DNA from: Pseudomonadota bacterium
GTDB taxonomy: Bacteria > Bdellovibrionota > FAC87 > UBA2466
Reading direction: 5' to 3'
NCBI GenBank assembly: GCA_043767805.1
Contig: JAYUGC010000014.1
Span: 21,050-85,049 of the forward strand
DNA: 64,000 nucleotides
This document shows positions 9,074 through 17,973 of this stretch, piece by piece; position 1 is the first letter of the stretch, and the number at the start of each line of letters is the position of its first letter. The notes under the pieces were generated by a model. That model was not told where the DNA came from. It did no database searches and was given only the letters and a program-made list of their open reading frames with translations. A program made the translations under genes and the position numbers.

Positions 9074-10177
9074 TTACTTAAGCTTCAGCTTGAGTTTCTT
9101 CTCGTTCGTGAGATCGCCCGAGTGGAACTTGCTGCCGGCGTAGCGAACCTTATACGTGATGATTAGGTTCTTCTTGGCCGGAACGCCAGTGACCAGGTCC
9201 ACGAAGCTGGTGACGCTGGAGTTTTTAGAGAGCGGCTTCTCGAAGCTGCCGAGATCGGTAACGGCATGGAACCAGCCGTTGTCGACGACGACCTTAACCG
9301 TCACGAACTTGTCTTCGACATTGGCGAGATCGGCGTCGAAGCCGGCGTCCGCGATGTTTACCGAGAGATTCGAGCCCGCGACCGAAGCCGTGAGGTTCAA
9401 GTCGTTGGTGGCGCGGACCTGCTTGCGGGTGCCCTGAAGCTCGATGACGGTGACGCCATTCTGCTCGGTTTTTCGCTGCGTGTACGCGTTGTAGTATGAG
9501 TTGACGTAGATCGTGTCGTCGACGCCGTCGAAAGAAATCGAGATGGATTCCTTTTCGTTGGCGAGAAGAGGAGCGTCCACGATGCGGACGTCGAACTGTC
9601 GGGTCTCGTTGTGGTGCAGCTGCTTCACCGGAACCGTGACCCAGCCCCAGACCGTCTTGTAGCCGCACTGGCCTTCGGTGAGGTAACCGAGGTTCGTCAT
9701 GTTCTCTTTCTTGAACGTGACCAAAACTTCGTAAGAGAAGCCGGTGTTGTAGCGATCGTCCGCGTCCTGGATGCGGCTCTTGAACTCGCTCCAAGAACGG
9801 GGCTTGTTCGAGAAGGTGCCGTCGTCGATGAGGCGCTTCGCCGTGGAGACTCCCACCCCTTTGATGGCGGCGGCGAGGCGAGAGGGCTTCTCGGCTTTCG
9901 GAACGTTGAAAAACTCTTTCCAATCCCCTTTCGTACCGTCGCCCTGTTGATCGCCTTCGCAATCCCAGACCTGCTCGGCCACGAATTTCTTTTCCGTGGT
10001 AATGCGGTAAATGGACGAAGTGAGGCCGAACGCCTGACGGGCTTCTCCCTTGAGATCCTTACCGGTGCGCTCCAAATGTTTCGTGACCGTGGTGCCTTCG
10101 AAGCTTGCGCCTAGCGCGAGACTGGAGACGAACGCCGTCACCGCCGTAAATCTGACTAACCAAGAAACGTTACGCAT
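9074..10177 (-). CDS. Secreted hypothetical protein
   Basis: 367-aa ORF. N-terminus MRNVSWLVRFTAVTAFVSSLALGAS is signal-like. RBS GGAGGA upstream on the minus strand. Confidence 0.5.
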   Translation of the reverse strand: MRNVSWLVRFTAVTAFVSSLALGASFEGTTVTKHLERTGKDLKGEARQAFGLTSSIYRITTEKKFVAEQVWDCEGDQQGDGTKGDWKEFFNVPKAEKPSRLAAAIKGVGVSTAKRLIDDGTFSNKPRSWSEFKSRIQDADDRYNTGFSYEVLVTFKKENMTNLGYLTEGQCGYKTVWGWVTVPVKQLHHNETRQFDVRIVDAPLLANEKESISISFDGVDDTIYVNSYYNAYTQRKTEQNGVTVIELQGTRKQVRATNDLNLTASVAGSNLSVNIADAGFDADLANVEDKFVTVKVVVDNGWFHAVTDLGSFEKPLSKNSSVTSFVDLVTGVPAKKNLIITYKVRYAGSKFHSGDLTNEKKLKLKLK

Positions 10178-10292
10178 GAAATCCTCCGCGTGATGAAAAC
10201 CAACTATTGGTGCGAGGAATATGCTCCGGCCTAAAATGACATGGCAAGGCGAATAGGTAAGAAGGTGATAACGGAGGGTAACTTTTGGAACA

Positions 10293-10335
10293 AAAAAAAG
10301 AGGCGAGCCCCGAAGGTCCCGCCTCTTTCTAAAGA
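10293..10335 (-). terminator. Rho-independent terminator downstream of slyD-like gene
   Basis: On the minus strand, an AGAGGCG...CGCCTCT hairpin is followed by a TTTTTTTT run (A8 on the plus strand at 10295-10302). Confidence 0.5.
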
Positions 10336-10342
10336 AAACTAA

Positions 10343-10765
10343 CTATTCGCCCGGAAGTTTCAGCAGCTCGATCTCGAAGTGGATCTTCTTGCCAGCGAGG
10401 GGGTGATTGCCGTCGATGGTGACTTTCTCGCCCATGGCGGTCACCCGGAACGGAATTTCCTCATCCATGGTCTTCATGACCACTTCGTCGCCCAGCTGAA
10501 TGCCCGGCTCGACCTGATTCTTCTCGATTTGAAACACGAGGCTTTCGTCGCGCACGCCGTACCCGTTGTCGGGCTCCAGCGAAACGTCGCGCTTCTCGCC
10601 GACTTTCATTCCCACCATGGCTTTTTCCACGCCCGGAATGATGCTGCCGTCGCCCAGCTCGAACTCGAGCGGGTCGCCGTCGTACGTCGAGACGAAAATA
10701 GTCTTATCTTCCAGTCGGCCGACCAAGTGGACTTCCACCTTCGAGCCGTCGGTTACAGTCTTCAT
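10343..10765 (-). CDS. slyD: FKBP-type peptidyl-prolyl cis-trans isomerase (SlyD/FkpB-like)
   Basis: 140 aa. GDGSIIPGVEKAMVGMKVGEKRDV... is the FKBP_C fold with an inserted flap (IF) domain, typical of SlyD. RBS GGGAGGGGG. Confidence 0.8.
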   Translation of the reverse strand: MKTVTDGSKVEVHLVGRLEDKTIFVSTYDGDPLEFELGDGSIIPGVEKAMVGMKVGEKRDVSLEPDNGYGVRDESLVFQIEKNQVEPGIQLGDEVVMKTMDEEIPFRVTAMGEKVTIDGNHPLAGKKIHFEIELLKLPGE

Positions 10766-10825
10766 GGGTCCCCCTCCCGATTTGACTATGCCAAACTTAA
10801 ATTTTGCCGAAAAACTTGTAAACTT

Positions 10826-11074
10826 TTAGGCCGGGCGCGCGAATCCCGGTTTATTGAGGCGCTCGCGGCTCAAGATCAGGCCGTGGGTCAGGTCGTAAGG
10901 CGACATGCCGATGGTGACCTTATCGCCGACGATGATGCTGATCCGAAATTTCCGAAGCCGTCCCGAAAGCTTGGCGAGCACTTCTTTGCCGTTGCCTAGC
11001 TTGATGGCGAAGAGCCCGCCCGACTTGATGTCGGACACTACACCGGGAAGCTGAATTAGATCCTCTCGGCTCAT
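10826..11074 (-). CDS. infA: Translation initiation factor IF-1
   Basis: Internal ATG (cat at 11072-11074). LSGRLRKFRISIIVGDKVTIGMSPYDLTHGLI aligns with E. coli IF-1 [32 protein letters not shown]. Carries a short C-terminal extension. Confidence 0.8.
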   Translation of the reverse strand: MSREDLIQLPGVVSDIKSGGLFAIKLGNGKEVLAKLSGRLRKFRISIIVGDKVTIGMSPYDLTHGLILSRERLNKPGFARPA

Positions 11075-11253
11075 AGGCCTCTCCTCACCAAAAATAAAAC
11101 CGGCCCACCGGAATAAGGTCCTCGGTAGACCGTACTTCTTTTCATTCGCAGAAAACGTCTTTGGAACCAAAAAAGACTCTAGCAGAAGGCATGCCAAAAT
11201 GGGACCTAAAAACGCCACATTACGGGAAACCGGGGATAGGAGGAAGGGCGGCC

Positions 11254-12060
11254 TCAGGCAGCCTGGGAGGGGCTCTGGCCGGGGCGCTCGATCGATGAAT
11301 CCGGGTAAAAAATCGCATTCGTATCGGGGGTTTCGGTCCGCATCCAGCGATCCCAGAACGTGAAATAGAGGCCGTAGTTTCCGCGAAAGCGGGCGTGGTG
11401 GAGGCTGTGGTGGGTGGCATTGATGATCTGCCGCCCGAAGGAAGAGGTCTCAAATCGCCTCGGGTACATCTCATACCCCAAGTGATTGATGACCCCGAGG
11501 ACGGTCATCCCCATGAGGAAAACGAGCAGAACGGCGAGGTGGGTCGGCACGAGCCAGACCAGCCCGGGGAGGACGATTGCCTGAATGAGGGCTTCCCACG
11601 GATGAAAAGAGAACGCGGCCCAAGGGGTGGGGTTGTGCGATTCGTGGTGAACGAGATGCACGCGCCGAAATAGCGCCGGGTGATGGATCCAGCGGTGAGT
11701 CCAATAAAAATACGTTTCGTGAAGGAGCATTAGACACGGAAGACTCAAGAGGAGCCACGCCCAGCCGTACTCGTCCGGTTTCAAGTAGATCCGCAAATAA
11801 CCTAAGTTCCAGGCGTGGAGAAGGACCGCGCCCGACACCGCGAAAATCGCGGAGGTCACGAGTGACCACCCGATCTCTTTTTGCATCCTTTCCTTCGGCG
11901 CGTTTTGCGCGCGCAGCTTTCTCGCCGAGGGAACCCCGCGCTTATAGAAGAGCCAGTAGAAGGCGCCCGCGAAGCAAAAATAGCGAGCCGTCAGGATGGT
12001 GAAAAGCACCATCGTGGTCTCCAGAAAGCCGGGCAGCTCGAATGGCAAAGGCGAAGGCAT
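11254..12060 (-). CDS. Fatty acid hydroxylase / sterol desaturase superfamily membrane protein
   Basis: Histidine boxes HRWIHH, HLVHHESH, HHSLHH. Multiple TM segments. Confidence 0.75.
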   Translation of the reverse strand: MPSPLPFELPGFLETTMVLFTILTARYFCFAGAFYWLFYKRGVPSARKLRAQNAPKERMQKEIGWSLVTSAIFAVSGAVLLHAWNLGYLRIYLKPDEYGWAWLLLSLPCLMLLHETYFYWTHRWIHHPALFRRVHLVHHESHNPTPWAAFSFHPWEALIQAIVLPGLVWLVPTHLAVLLVFLMGMTVLGVINHLGYEMYPRRFETSSFGRQIINATHHSLHHARFRGNYGLYFTFWDRWMRTETPDTNAIFYPDSSIERPGQSPSQAA

Positions 12061-12117
12061 ACGTTTTACTTATCGGCATAAAAGCCCGGCGAGTGCAGCG
12101 GGGGCAACGCGAGGCGT

Positions 12118-13413
12118 CTATTTTGCGAGGTACCCTTTGAGCTGAACGTAGACCCGGCTTCCCGCTTGAAAAGCCCCGAACTGACTGCGCGCCCCTCCGA
12201 GGAGCAAGTCGGTACCGAACATGAGCTCGAACTGCTGGGAGGTCGGAATGGTGTACTGCAAACGCGAAAGCGTACTGCCGTCGTGTATCGCCCAGCTCAC
12301 AATCGCGTCCAAGCTTTGTTCGCGGTAAATCGGCGCTTTCACATTGGCCGAGAGGAGCTCGCGGTTTTTCGGTGTCGTGGAGGCCGCGTTCCAATGCGGA
12401 ATGCCTTGGTAGGCGAACTGAATCGCCACGCGCCAGGGAAGCCAGCCCGTGTACTCCGCTTCGGAGGCGACGGTGACTTCGTCTCCCGTGTAAAAGGAGA
12501 GGCCCGTCGAATCGAACTTCTGAAACGCCTTGCCTTTCGTAAATAGGCTCTCCCAGCGCACCAGCCAGCTCGAATAATCCTTGGTGAAGGTGAGCCCGAG
12601 GGAGCCCACTCGACTATGGCTCGCGATGAGATCGAGCCCCGCCGGGCCGGGCGCGGAAGTGTAAACGGGCTGCCTGTCGAAATAAGTGAAGAAGAAGAAG
12701 CCGAGATCGTACCCCTGAAGTAGGGTCGTCATCCTTACGCCCACCTCTCCATCCCCAATGGAGAATTTGCCTTGGGGATTATCGATGAGCCGGACAGGCG
12801 TGGTCGGGAAGAGATTTTTCCAGGGCGAAAAATCCCCGTCCACTCCCGGAACGAGATTGAAGAACGGCTTCGGCGCGAAAAGAAATTGGATGGACGCGCC
12901 TTTGAGAAAAAACACCGTGTTCAGCATCGGCATCATGAGCCGCTGAGCGGTGAGATCTCTCAAGCCGAAGTCGCGCAGGTCTTTGGGATTGATTAGGTCG
13001 GCGTAATAAAAACCGAAGGCCTCGCCCCAGACCACTTGCTGATTGCCCAGTTTGACGAGGAGCCGCCGGGTTTTCGCCTGAAGATAAAAATCGCGGAGTC
13101 TCAGCTCCGCGGACTCGTCGTGACGGACTTGCGGGCCGTAGCGGTTGTCATTGACGGCGAACGCCCCTTCGGCGTAAGCGCGAAGGCCAACCACCGCCAT
13201 CCAGTCGGGATCGAACGTGAGTGTCTGCTCGGCATCGAGAATGTGGCGGTGAGAGGCGAGATCCCGCGGCGCTTTCGCGTGATAGGCAAGGCGTGACTCG
13301 GCCGTGATCTTGTAGCTCGTCGAAAAGCCCCATCTTGCCTGGGCCGAGGCCGAAGCCAGGGCGGCGGCGAGCGAGAGACTACGGCAGAGATTCTTTGTTG
13401 AAGAAGCTGTCAT
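12118..13413 (-). CDS. Secreted protein, probable outer-membrane protein (hypothetical; DUF1302-like is a guess)
   Basis: Signal peptide MTASSTKNLCRSLSLAAALASASAQA from the internal ATG at 13413. 430-aa mature region rich in alternating aromatic residues. Start choice is uncertain; the ORF extends to 13476. Confidence 0.45.
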   Translation of the reverse strand: MTASSTKNLCRSLSLAAALASASAQARWGFSTSYKITAESRLAYHAKAPRDLASHRHILDAEQTLTFDPDWMAVVGLRAYAEGAFAVNDNRYGPQVRHDESAELRLRDFYLQAKTRRLLVKLGNQQVVWGEAFGFYYADLINPKDLRDFGLRDLTAQRLMMPMLNTVFFLKGASIQFLFAPKPFFNLVPGVDGDFSPWKNLFPTTPVRLIDNPQGKFSIGDGEVGVRMTTLLQGYDLGFFFFTYFDRQPVYTSAPGPAGLDLIASHSRVGSLGLTFTKDYSSWLVRWESLFTKGKAFQKFDSTGLSFYTGDEVTVASEAEYTGWLPWRVAIQFAYQGIPHWNAASTTPKNRELLSANVKAPIYREQSLDAIVSWAIHDGSTLSRLQYTIPTSQQFELMFGTDLLLGGARSQFGAFQAGSRVYVQLKGYLAK

Positions 13414-14110
13414 CCAGCTTCTCCCGCTGGTAGTTGCTGTATCTGAGGTTGGAGCCCCGGCTCGTCTGCACTGCATCCTTGATCACCACGCGCGAGAGAA
13501 TTTCCCGATCGAGCGCCTTCATGGGCATCGAGAACTCACCGGTCTTGAGAAGCTTGCCCGAGAGCGCGAAGAAGCCCGCGCGGAAAGGGCGATAGGTCGC
13601 CGGATCTACGAGCAGCTCGATGCGGCGGTAGGTGACATCGGGACGTTTCGCCGCGAGATTCAGTTTCAGGTAGCTCTTCCCGTCGACCGTCGCCATGCCT
13701 TTTTTCGAAGCTTTGTAGTCGACGTGGAAGCGGACGCGGGCGATGTCGCCGTTACTGACTTCGCCGGTCAAGCGCTGCTGAAAGCTCACGCGGGTCGGGC
13801 GCTTGATGCTGGGAAGATAGAGCCAAAGATCGTTGTCCCGCATGAGGAGCTTTCTGCCTTTTAAGCGCTCGGGCGCGGTGGTCTCGATGCGGGCCAGGTG
13901 ATCGCCCTTGGCGAAAACCCGGTACTCGGTCTCGCGCACGACAGATTTGTCCTCCACGTCTTCGACGGTGACCGTGAAGGAGAAGTCGCCGCCCGGCGTG
14001 CGCATATCGTCCACCCGGCGGAGGATTTCATCCGCGTCCGGCCTCGCGGTGGGCGGTTTAGCGGCAAATGAAGTTGATGCGACGAGACAAAGCGCGAGAA
14101 TCCATTTCAT
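13379..14110 (-). CDS. LolA-like outer-membrane lipoprotein-sorting/carrier family protein
   Basis: Signal peptide MKWILALCLVASTSFAA. About 240 aa. Resembles LolA-like proteins (PF17131-type) commonly encoded beside FtsX/ABC exporters. Family assignment from memory. Confidence 0.55.
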   Translation of the reverse strand: MKWILALCLVASTSFAAKPPTARPDADEILRRVDDMRTPGGDFSFTVTVEDVEDKSVVRETEYRVFAKGDHLARIETTAPERLKGRKLLMRDNDLWLYLPSIKRPTRVSFQQRLTGEVSNGDIARVRFHVDYKASKKGMATVDGKSYLKLNLAAKRPDVTYRRIELLVDPATYRPFRAGFFALSGKLLKTGEFSMPMKALDREILSRVVIKDAVQTSRGSNLRYSNYQREKLDDSFFNKESLP

Positions 14111-14164
14111 CCAGATAGTTTAACCGTACCTTTACGGAGCGCTAACCGCGCTCCGTCATACGCT

Positions 14165-14761
14165 TTAGAACCACGCGGAGAGGGGCGGGAGGTCCGGCTT
14201 GTGGACCATGAGGAAGAAGATGATCAAGAGGGGTGCGAAGCCCAGGAAGTTGATGATCATCCGCCGCCACAGGAGCTTCTTCAGCTCCGCCGGTAAGACT
14301 TCGCTCCCTTTGGGCATCTCCGCGAAGAGGCGCTTCACCTTATGCTGATTGGGAATGTCCGCCACGATCCACACGAGCCCCGAGAGCAGGAAGAGGAGAA
14401 ACGCCAGAGAAAGCCAGCCCATGCTCCAGACGCCTCCCAGAATAGTGCCAAGCATGATGCCCGACATCACCGAAAAGATGATGAGCGGCGCTGTGAAGAC
14501 GGCGTCGAGCCAAAGTACGGTGCGGTAAGTGTGCTCGACGATAATCGGGTTATCAGAGGTGAGACTTCTCAGCTCCCAGAGGGTGCCGATGACGGTGTTC
14601 GCAAAGAAAAGCGTCACGCACAAGATGTGAACGAACTTCACGTGCAAGTAGAGCTCGGGCCGCTCCAGCATGGACGTAAACGCGCGGGGGAAAAGAAGGC
14701 CGGCGAGCAGTAAGAACGCCATCAAACCGACATTAAAAATGAGAATCCGGCTCGTCTTCAT
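14165..14761 (-). CDS. DUF2269-family integral membrane protein
   Basis: 198 aa with 4-5 TM helices. Pattern RPELYLHVKFVHILCVTLFFANTVIGTLWE resembles DUF2269. Confidence 0.5.
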   Translation of the reverse strand: MKTSRILIFNVGLMAFLLLAGLLFPRAFTSMLERPELYLHVKFVHILCVTLFFANTVIGTLWELRSLTSDNPIIVEHTYRTVLWLDAVFTAPLIIFSVMSGIMLGTILGGVWSMGWLSLAFLLFLLSGLVWIVADIPNQHKVKRLFAEMPKGSEVLPAELKKLLWRRMIINFLGFAPLLIIFFLMVHKPDLPPLSAWF

Positions 14762-15525
14762 CGGTTCAAGGCATCCACCAGATACGCGATATCGCCGCGG
14801 TGATAGTAAACCTTATCGGGGGCGCGGCTAAAGAACGGTCCCTTTACGCGGACGTCTTTCAAGGCCGACCCTTCGATGGCGTGAAATCTCGCCGAGGTAA
14901 AACGGCTGTTGGTATTCACGAGATCGAAGGTTTTTCCTTCATTGAAGAAGGAGATGTCGTTGAAAGCGAGATAGTCGTCGGAAAGCCGAATCGTCGCCGT
15001 CATATCACTCAAGGGCTGATTGAGGGTAAAGCCCTCAAAGGCGATCTCGAGCTTGTCGCGGCCAAGCTCATACTTCAGCGGTACGAGCTTTCCGCACCCA
15101 TAAATGAAAATCACCATCCGCTCGGCCATTTCACAGATTCGCCCGACGAGGCTCGGCTTTTCGTCCAAGGACACCAAGGGTGAGCCACTGAAAACGAGAA
15201 TGCCTTTTCGGCCTTTCGGATCGGTCACGAAGGTATTTATCTCGCACCGGGCGCGGCGGATGTGAGCGAGCTCGGACTTCGGGTACTTGATGAGGTACAG
15301 GTTGTAGCTCACCCAAAACTCCGGAACGCAATCCTCGTCGGTAAAACGGACTTTTTGGGGCATGAAGCCAGGGGGCAAGCACTCGCGAACGGCGTCCGCC
15401 TCCTCGGGAGAGAGCTTGAAGTTCACGAAGAGGGGATCGGTCGTCTCCAGGGCGAAAAACGTCTTGAGCCCCAGGCCGAGCTCCATGAACTTGAAGATGA
15501 GACGTTTCAAGAAAAACATCTTCAT
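14758..15525 (-). CDS. Hypothetical protein (operon member)
   Basis: 255-aa ORF with stop/start overlaps to both neighbours. No family recognised. Confidence 0.5.
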   Translation of the reverse strand: MKMFFLKRLIFKFMELGLGLKTFFALETTDPLFVNFKLSPEEADAVRECLPPGFMPQKVRFTDEDCVPEFWVSYNLYLIKYPKSELAHIRRARCEINTFVTDPKGRKGILVFSGSPLVSLDEKPSLVGRICEMAERMVIFIYGCGKLVPLKYELGRDKLEIAFEGFTLNQPLSDMTATIRLSDDYLAFNDISFFNEGKTFDLVNTNSRFTSARFHAIEGSALKDVRVKGPFFSRAPDKVYYHRGDIAYLVDALNR

Positions 15526-15965
15526 CCCATCTTGAGGGCGAGCTTATATAGCCGGCCGAAGAGCGGAATCACCCCGATGGACTCCATGGGGTCGTAGTAC
15601 TCGCGCTGGTAGATGACTTTTCCGTTCTCGACCTGGGCGTGCACGAGGCCATGGATGGTCATCTCGAACCAGGTGAAACGGATCTTCAGGCTAATGGTCC
15701 ATTTCCAGACGACGAGCTCCGGCGAGTCGACGAGGAGAGCGAAGTGAAACTTGTCGTTGGCGGCGCGCGGCACGTACTTCGCGAGCATCTTCAAGACTTC
15801 CGCCCGGCCATGCCTCTCGTGCACGGGGTCCACGTAATGGACGTCGTCGGCCAGCACTTCGCCCATCAACGCGACGTACTCGTCGAAACGGCGCGCGGGC
15901 AGAAGGACTTTGGAAACGTACTCGACCCGCTTGCCTACGGTATCGACATGGTGCGGAAAACTCAT
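15522..15965 (-). CDS. NTF2-like / SnoaL-like (ketosteroid-isomerase fold) protein
   Basis: 147 aa. Typical NTF2-like length and pattern (VDTVGKRVEYV...DDVHYVDP...NGKVIYQREYYDP). Confidence 0.5.
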   Translation of the reverse strand: MSFPHHVDTVGKRVEYVSKVLLPARRFDEYVALMGEVLADDVHYVDPVHERHGRAEVLKMLAKYVPRAANDKFHFALLVDSPELVVWKWTISLKIRFTWFEMTIHGLVHAQVENGKVIYQREYYDPMESIGVIPLFGRLYKLALKMG

Positions 15966-15974
15966 CCGCCCAAC

Positions 15975-17201
15975 TTAGACGACATTTCTCCGGAGGGCAT
16001 CCGAGATTTCGAGCCGGGCGGCTCGCCAGGCGGAAATCAGGGCCGCGGCGGTCGCCGCGAAGAGGGACAGAGCCGTAGCGCCCAGGAAAGCGGCCAGAAA
16101 GAGGTCCACGTGCACGACGATGAAAGTCGTCGCCCCCGGCATGACGATCTTTATCCCCAAGGCGTTCAAGGTCGCGGCGAGGGCCGCGCCGAAGACGAGC
16201 CCAATCAGAGAGCCGAGAGCGCCCAGGATGAAGCCTTCCCGCAAGAATTGCCGGATGACGCTGCCTTGGGTTTCTCCCAAGGCGCGGATCGTTCCGATTT
16301 CGCCCGTGCGCTCGAAGACCGACATGCCGATGGTATTTGAGATCGCGCAAAGGGTGAGCACGCCGATGATGAGCGCGATGAGCAAGTTCTGCACGCGCAA
16401 GAAACCGGAAATCTGATTGTAGAGTTTCGCGACGTCGGTCCAGAGCTTCAGCTGCACGCCCGGATGTTCGGCCGCGAGCTTCGCCTGGAAGGCCCCGCCG
16501 ATGGAGGCGGTAAGCGGGGTCGCGTGGAGGCCGACCAAGATTTGCTCGACGTCCGTGGTGTCTAGAAGCGCCTGGGTCGAGGACAGCGGCAAGTGAAACG
16601 TGAGATCGTCCACTTCGGCGATGCCCGTCTGGAAGAGCCCCGCCACTTCGACGTCTTGGGCGTTGATGACGCCGTCAAACGTGTTGGCGATGAGGGTCAG
16701 AGAATCTCCGGTCTTTGCGCCGATGCGCTTCGCGAGTCCCTTCCCCAGAATAACCTGGAAGGGGGCGTCGACGGTGAGGCCGTGGCCTTCGGTGAAAATC
16801 AGGCCGTCCTGGCGATCCTTTTCAAGCGCCGGATCGAAGCTGATGCCGCGCGCGCTCACCGACTGATCCTTCGTGCTCACCAAACCGTAGAAGGAGAGCC
16901 GTCCCGCCGCATATTTCACCCCGGGAGTTGCGTTCAAGTCCGCGAGGATTTTCGGATAATCCTTCAAGAGGCCTTCTTTCGGCTTCTTGACTTCGCTTTC
17001 CCAAAATTTCGCGTTGGCGATTTGGAGATGCGACGTCTGGGTGCGGATGGTCGTTTCTCTTAAAGAATCGACGAGGTTTCTGGTAAAGCCCTCAAAAATG
17101 AGAATGGAAGTGACGCCGGAGGCGATCATGAAGAGGTTCAGGGCCGTGCGCCGGCGGTTTCTGAAAATATTGCGGAACGCGAGACTCCAAAGCAACTTCA
17201 T
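15975..17201 (-). CDS. ABC transporter permease, FtsX/LolCE/MacB-like
   Basis: 408 aa. N-terminal TM (FRNIFRNRRRTALNLFMIASGV), large periplasmic domain, then three C-terminal TM helices of the FtsX-like fold. Confidence 0.8.
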   Translation of the reverse strand: MKLLWSLAFRNIFRNRRRTALNLFMIASGVTSILIFEGFTRNLVDSLRETTIRTQTSHLQIANAKFWESEVKKPKEGLLKDYPKILADLNATPGVKYAAGRLSFYGLVSTKDQSVSARGISFDPALEKDRQDGLIFTEGHGLTVDAPFQVILGKGLAKRIGAKTGDSLTLIANTFDGVINAQDVEVAGLFQTGIAEVDDLTFHLPLSSTQALLDTTDVEQILVGLHATPLTASIGGAFQAKLAAEHPGVQLKLWTDVAKLYNQISGFLRVQNLLIALIIGVLTLCAISNTIGMSVFERTGEIGTIRALGETQGSVIRQFLREGFILGALGSLIGLVFGAALAATLNALGIKIVMPGATTFIVVHVDLFLAAFLGATALSLFAATAAALISAWRAARLEISDALRRNVV

Positions 17202-17920
17202 GCGGCCTGCCTTTCGAGAGCGGAGGTTACGGAGCCGTCACAGAGACGGACGCCGTCGGTCGCGCGGGCGAGCACCAGGGGATCGTGGCTCGCGATGACG
17301 ATGGTGAGGTTCTCGTGGGTGCGCAGGCCGTCTAAAAGCGTGAGAATCTCTTTGGTCGTCGCTTGGTCGAGGTTCGCGGTGGGCTCGTCGGCCAATATCA
17401 CGCTCGGCTTTTTCACGAGCGCGCGCGCGATGGCGACTCGCTGGCGCTGTCCCCCGCTCATGTCGCCTGGCTTATGAGGCCCGAACTTTTCGAGGCCGAC
17501 TTTGGTCAGCGCTTCCTGAGCGCGCGCCCGGCGTTCCGCGGCTCCCACACCCAAGAGAAGGAGCGGGTACTCCACGTTTTCCAGCGCGGTCAGCACCGGA
17601 AGCAAATTGAAAGTCTGAAAGATGAATCCGATGCGCTCGGCCCGAAGGCGGGCTTGGTCGCGCTGGTTGAGGGTGCCCAGCTCCTGACCGCCAATGAGCA
17701 CGCGCCCCGAGGTGGGCCGATCGATGCCGCCCATCAGATTGAGCAGCGTACTCTTGCCGCTGCCGGAGCTTCCGGCGAGCGCGTAGAAGGACCCCGTGGT
17801 CACCGAGAGTGACACGTTCTTCACAGCGGTCACGGTCATCTTGTTTAAACGGTACTCTCGGCAAACGCCCTCGACACTAATCGGAGTGTTGCCCGGAAAC
17901 GGAAGAATTTTGGCAGTCAT
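17198..17920 (-). CDS. ABC transporter ATP-binding protein (LolD/MacB-NBD-like)
   Basis: Walker A GSSGSGKST, ABC signature LSGGQRQRVAIARAL, Walker B ILADEPT. Start taken at the internal ATG (cat at 17918-17920, MTAKILPF...) because the 5' extension is Pro/Arg-rich and overlaps the upstream gene. Confidence 0.8.
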   Translation of the reverse strand: MTAKILPFPGNTPISVEGVCREYRLNKMTVTAVKNVSLSVTTGSFYALAGSSGSGKSTLLNLMGGIDRPTSGRVLIGGQELGTLNQRDQARLRAERIGFIFQTFNLLPVLTALENVEYPLLLLGVGAAERRARAQEALTKVGLEKFGPHKPGDMSGGQRQRVAIARALVKKPSVILADEPTANLDQATTKEILTLLDGLRTHENLTIVIASHDPLVLARATDGVRLCDGSVTSALERQAA

Positions 17921-17973
17921 ACGCCTTACTTTTCGGCCGTTTGGCCGGAAAAGCTGAGGGAAAGAACGCTGTG

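Noticed and set aside
12166-13296. Plus-strand ORFs (62-126 aa) within the OMP gene region
   Set aside because: Antisense to the 430-aa secreted protein gene. No supporting features.
15639-16350. Overlapping 219-233-aa ORFs on both strands inside the FtsX permease gene
   Set aside because: Arg/Asp/Gly-rich artefact ORFs. The permease reading frame has clear family features.
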